A DNA stretch of 64,000 bases, taken from positions 2,142,797 through 2,206,796 of the forward strand of contig CM121342.1 in the NCBI GenBank assembly GCA_051530055.1. The letters run 5' to 3'. Below, one piece after another: positions 58,274-64,000 of the stretch (positions are counted from its first letter, which is position 1; the number at the start of each line of letters is the position of its first letter). A program made the translations under genes and the position numbers. This DNA comes from Neoechinorhynchus agilis (Eukaryota; Animalia; Acanthocephala). The notes under the pieces are model-generated. The model saw nothing but the letters and a program-made list of their open reading frames with translations. It searched no databases and was not told the DNA's origin.

Positions 58274-58780
58274 GTCGACCCTCGGACTTGCCGATAGGGC
58301 CTGTTCCCATATCTGAAGAGATTGCAGTTGATGATTAAGCGTATGAGCAATATGAGATCGGTTATCTCAATACTATGAAGGTTTTGCTTTCCTTTCAAGC
58401 AATCTTTTCTCCGTAGCTCTTAAGGCCGTATAATTGTAGACGTTTGTGTATAAGGCATCGAAATCAAAAGACATTAGTCGGCAGTTAACCAAATCCTCTC
58501 ATCGGGAATGCAAGGATTCAATCAGTCCCTCCGCATTTTTAATATATGCCCTTGTTGTTTGCAGGAGTGGATTTCGGATCATAGCTAATGGTTTTGGGAC
58601 ATGATACCAAGGGCCGTTCACCCCGAAGATGATCGGCCTGCACTTTAGCAATGATCGAGTTGTCAATGTGATGGAAACCGATGAGATCTCATGCGTTTTA
58701 ATCATTGGATACATTACTGGCGTACGTAATCGTCCTGGGATGTTAGCGCTGAACCCTCTTGTAAACAAACGATCGGGTAA
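58274..58780 (-). mobile_element. Penelope-like element RT, N-terminal half, cut by the LINE
   Basis: YPMIKTHE..CRPII..GPWY..L..PLL..YIKN, LMSFDFDALYTNV, LIINCNLFRYGNRPYRQVRG correspond to PLE RT motifs (Y.LPK.HK, RPI, SFDV.SLYT, Y.Q..G). Confidence 0.75.
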
Positions 58781-59674
58781 CTTGTGTCAACGTCGAGATT
58801 GGAACTTGCCAAGAACCAAACAATGGAAAGGCACGACTTTTACAACTTTTGCAACACAAATGCTAAACCAAATCTTGAGCATCCGAATTCATGTGAAAAC
58901 CAGAACCAAATATCGAGATCAAATCTTACCTCTTGACCGTTCCGATATTGTCGTTGGCCAGGCACATTCAATTACAATGAAACACCTGCCAATATCCGGA
59001 GTATCGACTCCAATCACGGACGCGCTTTGCCGCAAAGTTCGTCCTCCTTTTGTTGAACCAAATATAAAAAATCACAGTCACAGTCGCATCCTAGGGCCCT
59101 CTTCAAAGAGGTTCAACGCCCTAAATCCTCCTTAGAATATTCTTTACTTGGTCAGTTATTAACCAAGGGGTATTCACACACTTCAATATTCTCGAGCCTT
59201 CTATGACGATTCAACGTAGTCCTCGTTTCTGAATCGAAATGTGTCCTATCTCGACCATATCGACTAATGATATTGTATTGCAAATCCAACATTTGATTAC
59301 ACGGTTCTCAAACTCGAGATTTATTCAATACTTCGGTGTCATTTTTAGAAGTTCGCAACACTGCTGAAACGTCCACGACTCTATCATGGACTATTGCCTC
59401 ATCGAGACGTCAAAGAATTAAATTATTAAAATCCGATTATAACAGAAGCTCAGGTCCATAGCAAATATAAAAAGGCGATACATCCTATCCTGAATTCTCG
59501 TCCCAGACCACCTTGCACCTTTTCTCTTTTTTGAACGTGAATGATTTCTCGGCAACTATATAGTTGTGTTATTTGAAGCTCGAGAAAAGACTTTTTCTTT
59601 TGCGAAAAAGTAATTTGCCCAGATCAACAAATCCGCGCATCGTTTCCGATTTTTTCTTGACCTCTATGAGTTAA

Positions 59675-60135
59675 TCGCCGTATTCCTCGTTAAATTTCAG
59701 GCTTCCCAATTCATCAATTAAACTTATCCAACCATCTCTATCTTCTTCGTCAACAGTTCCCGCACTTCGCTTTCGAATGTTCCTTGATCTCTGTGATTTA
59801 TGTTCGTAATCTTCGTCATTTTTCAGCCTTCATGATTCATCGATTAAACTGCCCCAAACACCTCTATCTACTTCATCTGCAATTCCGGTACTTCGTCTTC
59901 GAATGTTCCTTGATAACTTTGAGTTATCGCCGTTTTCTTCGTCATCTTTCTGCTTTCCCAATTCATCAATTAAACTTCCCGAACCATCTCTATCTACTTC
60001 ATCTGCAGTTCCGGCGCTTCGTGTTCGAATTTTTCTTGATATCTTTGAGTTATCGCCGTTTTCTTAAATTTCAGCTTTCCCATTTCATCAGTTGAACTTT
60101 CTTATTAACCGAACCATCTCTATCATTGTCAACTG
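59675..60135 (-). repeat. About 3.5 tandem 126-bp units encoding a 42-aa repeat, decayed
   Basis: ENGDNSKISRKIRTRSAGTADEVDRDGSGSLIDELGKQKDDE and variants; period 126 bp (59925 vs 60051); internal stop and a frameshift. Confidence 0.8.
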
Positions 60136-60353
60136 CTCCCGCGAACGAAGAATATGAAGGACGGATCCGGAATCGGAGTGGATGAAGGATGAAAGAAGAT
60201 AAATGACGGATCCGGAATTGGAGTGGACGACGGATCTGGAATTTGGAGTGGATGACGAATCGTTTTGTAAGCACTCGCCCATATTGTATATGCCATAAGA
60301 AAAAAAACTTCTAAAGTTTACATTAACATAAAGTCAATTATTTTGATTTGGCT

Positions 60354-60906
60354 GCGATCAGAGCAGTGTGGTCTACGAGATCCGGTGTGAACGGTGTCGG
60401 ATTGACCGTGGCCACTTGGTCACGTACGTGGGAAAAACAGAAAGGCCACTTCGCCAAAGAGTGGCCGAGCATGTACGAAACTCGTTGAACCCAAGTGCGC
60501 AATCGTATGTGACGACACCGTGGGCGAAACATTATTCGCGAGTCCACCCGGATGGAACAGTTCAGCTGTCCACGCGCATAATGTACAAAGCGCAGGATCC
60601 CGTCGAACTGTCGATAGCGGAAGCGCTGATCATATCCCGAGAGACCCGGGATCGTGAGGACTCTAGCGGGCATCGGTCGGACGGTAGGACACTCATTAAC
60701 CAGAAGGATGAGTTGTCTGCAATCATGAATCTAATGTGAACTTCCACTCCACTTCACTCGCATTGTAGATTACACCCTGAAGAAGCCGTTGGACGGCGAA
60801 AGCTAGGTGTTTCAATAAACTCTCTTTCAGTCGGATTGTCAATCAAACAATCATCAATAGATAAAACATGCGACTGAACAACCAAGCAGCGCTTAGTAAT
60901 CTTACC
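60354..60906 (+). mobile_element. 5'-truncated Penelope-like element: GIY-YIG ORF (60368-60739), hammerhead and AATAAA, inserted into segment R
   Basis: VYEIRCERC..YVGKTERPLRQRVAEH..AEAL..N is the PLE GIY-YIG pattern. The uninterrupted R copy reads gatttggcttacataaa (about 38545); here GGCT is duplicated at 60350-53 and 60907-10. Confidence 0.85.
60772..60810 (+). ncRNA. Minimal type I hammerhead ribozyme (family C), intact
   Basis: ACACC CTGAAGA a GCCGT tgg ACGGC GAA AGCT A GGTGT, then AATAAA: 5-bp stem I, 5-bp stem II, palindromic AGCT stem III. Confidence 0.88.
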
Positions 60907-61944
60907 GGCTTACATAAATGTAAGGAACAATACTGAGCGATGAATTAAGGAAATTATAACTAGATTAAAAAATTTAAACGCCTTCTAAGTGTTGATGCGC
61001 ATAGAGGGAGAAATCAAACCCGGCTAGACATTTAAAAGCCCTTTAAAATTTCAAAACTTGACCGATGCTGTCATTTTAGAGATTCTGACAATTGCGTTGA
61101 TAATAAATCTACGAGAGCACTTTAGAATTGGTAGATATTGCAAATTTCATGATCTCTGTTTTCAAACTCTTATTTACTGCTTTCCCTTCCTGAAATATCT
61201 ATACAAATAAACGTGGATATTTGAGAATAATTAAAATAAATTATTTTTCTAATATTATGTTCCTAAATAATTTTCTTGGATATCTGATAGCTTAATACTT
61301 AATATAGAAAAACTTATTTTTGTGTTATTCCTTCAACTTAAGCTTTCGCAATTTTCTAACAAAATAAAATTTTAAATATTATAGCATCCAAAGCGACTAA
61401 AAAGTGTGCTTATTACGTCATGCGAGAAAAGTGATCCATCAAGAACTTACATTAATCAAACAGCCTCTTTTAAATACTGAAGAGAAGTGCATAAATTTTG
61501 TGAGACAACGGTCATCTTTATCTCAAACTGTGATTTGGAAATTAATGACATTAATCTTAAAGATACTTCAAGAATAAATTGTAAAACCAATCTAATCTCA
61601 CATCGTTTTTAACACTAAATGCCATTATATGCGTTCGTTGATAACCATCAACAAATGTCACGAGGTCAAAGTAGTAAAGCGTTTTTCGAAGCACTGGAAG
61701 GCTATAAGCAACCAATGCTTCACGCTGGAGGACACGTACCACAGGATCCTCTTTATAAAGTTTTTGATCTAGAGGACCAGCAAGAAGTGGTAGGTAAAGA
61801 ATAAAATATATGTGAAGGTGTTGATAATATGGATGTGGCGAAGGAAGCTATCAAAAGGAGAAAATATTTATGACTATAATCTCAAGGCTCAAAGAAAATT
61901 TCATTGTCAAAATAATGAGAGAAGATCTAGGAAATACAACTCAC

Positions 61945-63756
61945 AATGGCTTCTCAGAGCCAATATTGACTTCATAGTGGGAGACTTCAATGATCCATCT
62001 TTTTACTCTTTAACCTATCCCTCTACTCCCTCTTTTCATAATCTCGCTTATAATACGAACTCGTTCTTAGATCTGATCATTTATAAGAGAAACCTCAATT
62101 TCTTGATTCAATTCGATCGTCAGGTGTCTCTTTTAGACCTGTCAGGGCATGATATCCTAATCTGGTCCTTTGGTCCTAACTTTACGCTACGCAAAACCTA
62201 TCACATATCCCCACTCAACGTTGTCTTTTTCCGCCTAGTTAATCAAAATCTTAACTCTCTAGTATTTAATCAAAATAAACCCTTATATGTCTTACCTTTC
62301 GTTAATAATGCTCTTAACAAGATAGTTAATATTTTTCTATTGCGTACGGTGACCTTATGAAAGTCGCCCTACGCTTTCTTGGACGCCAACTCTTTTTGGC
62401 AAAGAGGTCCGGTGATGATCATTAACCAGTCATTTCGGGGCTGCTCGCTGTCGACAGCAGTTACATCAGAGAGCTAATTTACTTGCCGTCTTGAAACCTT
62501 ATTCCTCAACCTGGTGGCACACTCTTCAAAAGAAGAGCAATCTTCCTTGGAAATCTAAAATAGCAGGCTGGCTTAAAGTTTCGTCGTTTGGGGATATATT
62601 AAATTCTATTTTTGAATTTCACTCTTCGGGTTCCCTCAAAGATATCCCTCCAACAATAATTTTTCGAAAAATGGCAAACAGAGTGGATTTGACTCTGGAT
62701 GATATTCTTGAGGTCTTGTCATATAATCCAAACTTGGCGTTTTCGAATTCCAGTTCTGGTACCAAAATTTTTAATTTACTAGCCCATGATAGTATCGTTC
62801 ACTTGGCCCGAATGATACTAAGCTGCTCTCCCTACGCTTGGCGAGAGATTAATGTCTCACGGCGTATTTTCATTATCAAAAATGGGCTAGTAAATTAAAA
62901 ATTTTGGTACCAGAACTGGAATTCGAAAACGCCAAGTTTGGATTATATGACAAGACCTCAAGAATATCATCCAGAGTCAAATCCACTCTGTTTGCCATTT
63001 TTTTCCGAAAAATTATTGTTGGAGGGATATCTTTGAGGGAACCCGAAGAGTGAAATTCAAAAATAGAATTTAATATATCCCCAAACGACGAAACTTTAAG
63101 CCAGCCTGCTATTTTAGATTTCCAAGGAAGATTGCTCTTCTTTTGAAGAGTGTGCCACCAGGTCGAGGAATAAGGTTTCAAGACGGCAAGTAAATTAGCT
63201 CTCTGATGTAACTGCTGTCGACAGCGAGCAGCCCCGAAATGACTGGTTAATGATTTGGTGAGAGGGACATCACCGGACCTCTTTGCCAAAAAGAGTTGGC
63301 GTCCAAGAAAGCGTAGAGAGCGACTTTCATAAGGTCGACGGAAGGTCCTCACCGTACGCAATAGAAAAATATTAGCTATCTTGTTAAGAGCATTATTAAC
63401 GAAAGGTAAGACATATAAGGGTTTATTTTGATTAAATACTAGAGAGTTAAGATTTTGATTAACTAGGCGGAAAAAGACAACGTTGAGTGGGGATATGTGA
63501 TAGGTTTTGCGTAGCGTAAAGTTAGGACCAAAGGACCAGATTAGGATATCATGCCCTGACAGGTCTAAAAGAGACACCTGACGATCGAATTGAATCAAGA
63601 AATTGAGGTTTCTCTTATAAATGATCAGATCTAAGAACGAGTTCGTATTATAAGCGAGATTATGAAAAGAGGGAGTAGAGGGATAGGTTAAAGAGTAAAA
63701 AGATGGATCATTGAAGTCTCCCACTATGAAGTCAATATTGGCTCTGAGAAGCCATT
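61945..63756. repeat. 1.8-kb palindrome of a LINE APE-end fragment, arms 61945-62787 and 62882-63756, 94-bp spacer
   Basis: Near-identical inverted arms encoding IVGDFND..PSF..LDLII..SGHD. An RT fragment (HGFQKGNSVHSAL) follows at about 63790-63930 on the + strand. Confidence 0.9.
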
Positions 63757-64000
63757 CATTTATATCAGTGCACAACTGTATCTCGGCCAATTGCCATGGA
63801 TTTCAAAAAGGAAATTCAGTACACTCCGCGCTTACTAGTATCTACGATAGTTTTAAGAACTCCAATCAGCCTATGAAAGCCCTTCTGGTAGTGGTCTCTC
63901 TCTTTTATAATTCGAATACTGGAATTTTTTAGTGTTCCACATAATTTGATCTCTAGAATTCATAATATCCTTTTTACCAAATCTTTCTATCACGAAGATG

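Noticed and set aside
58900-59030. TPDI..IVIECAWP..K resembling an R2/R4-type endonuclease motif on the minus strand
   Set aside because: Short, flanked by stops, lacks the CCHC and RH motifs, and lies on the wrong side of the adjacent RT.

Overview
Eukaryotic, most likely compact-genome metazoan DNA. Host genes have very short GT-AG introns (about 25-57 nt) and tRNA-Ala genes are animal-type; the species cannot be named from sequence alone. The left 37 kb holds compact host genes: PIAS-type SUMO E3 ligase, FLVCR-like MFS transporter, RRM/Gly-rich/CCHC RNA-binding protein, TMEM26-like, SMIM4/UQCC5-like, CCDC115-like, a neuronal calcium sensor and several orphans. These are interleaved with CRE-like (RT plus restriction-like endonuclease) retrotransposons, CR1/L2-like LINE remnants, foldback elements and a 132-bp dimeric satellite. 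The right 27 kb is a rearranged zone of three large inverted duplications (37.8-47.9, 48.9-51.9 and 61.9-63.8 kb). It carries a divergent homeobox gene with two PxDLS (CtBP-type) motifs, an ISWI pseudogene fragment, two tRNA-Ala genes, a TSD-flanked RTE element and Penelope-like (PLE) pieces. The best non-annotated signals are (i) a twister-like ribozyme whose predicted cleavage site coincides with the 5' end of the RTE insertion, (ii) three families of minimal hammerhead ribozymes, one attached to a PLE GIY-YIG and one forming a 170-bp head-to-head palindrome, (iii) the palindrome-borne homeobox/PxDLS gene with a truncated twin, and (iv) splice acceptors just upstream of many start codons, suggesting SL trans-splicing. 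All family assignments come from motifs recognised by eye, not database searches. Repeat boundaries are approximate (about +/-10-30 bp).
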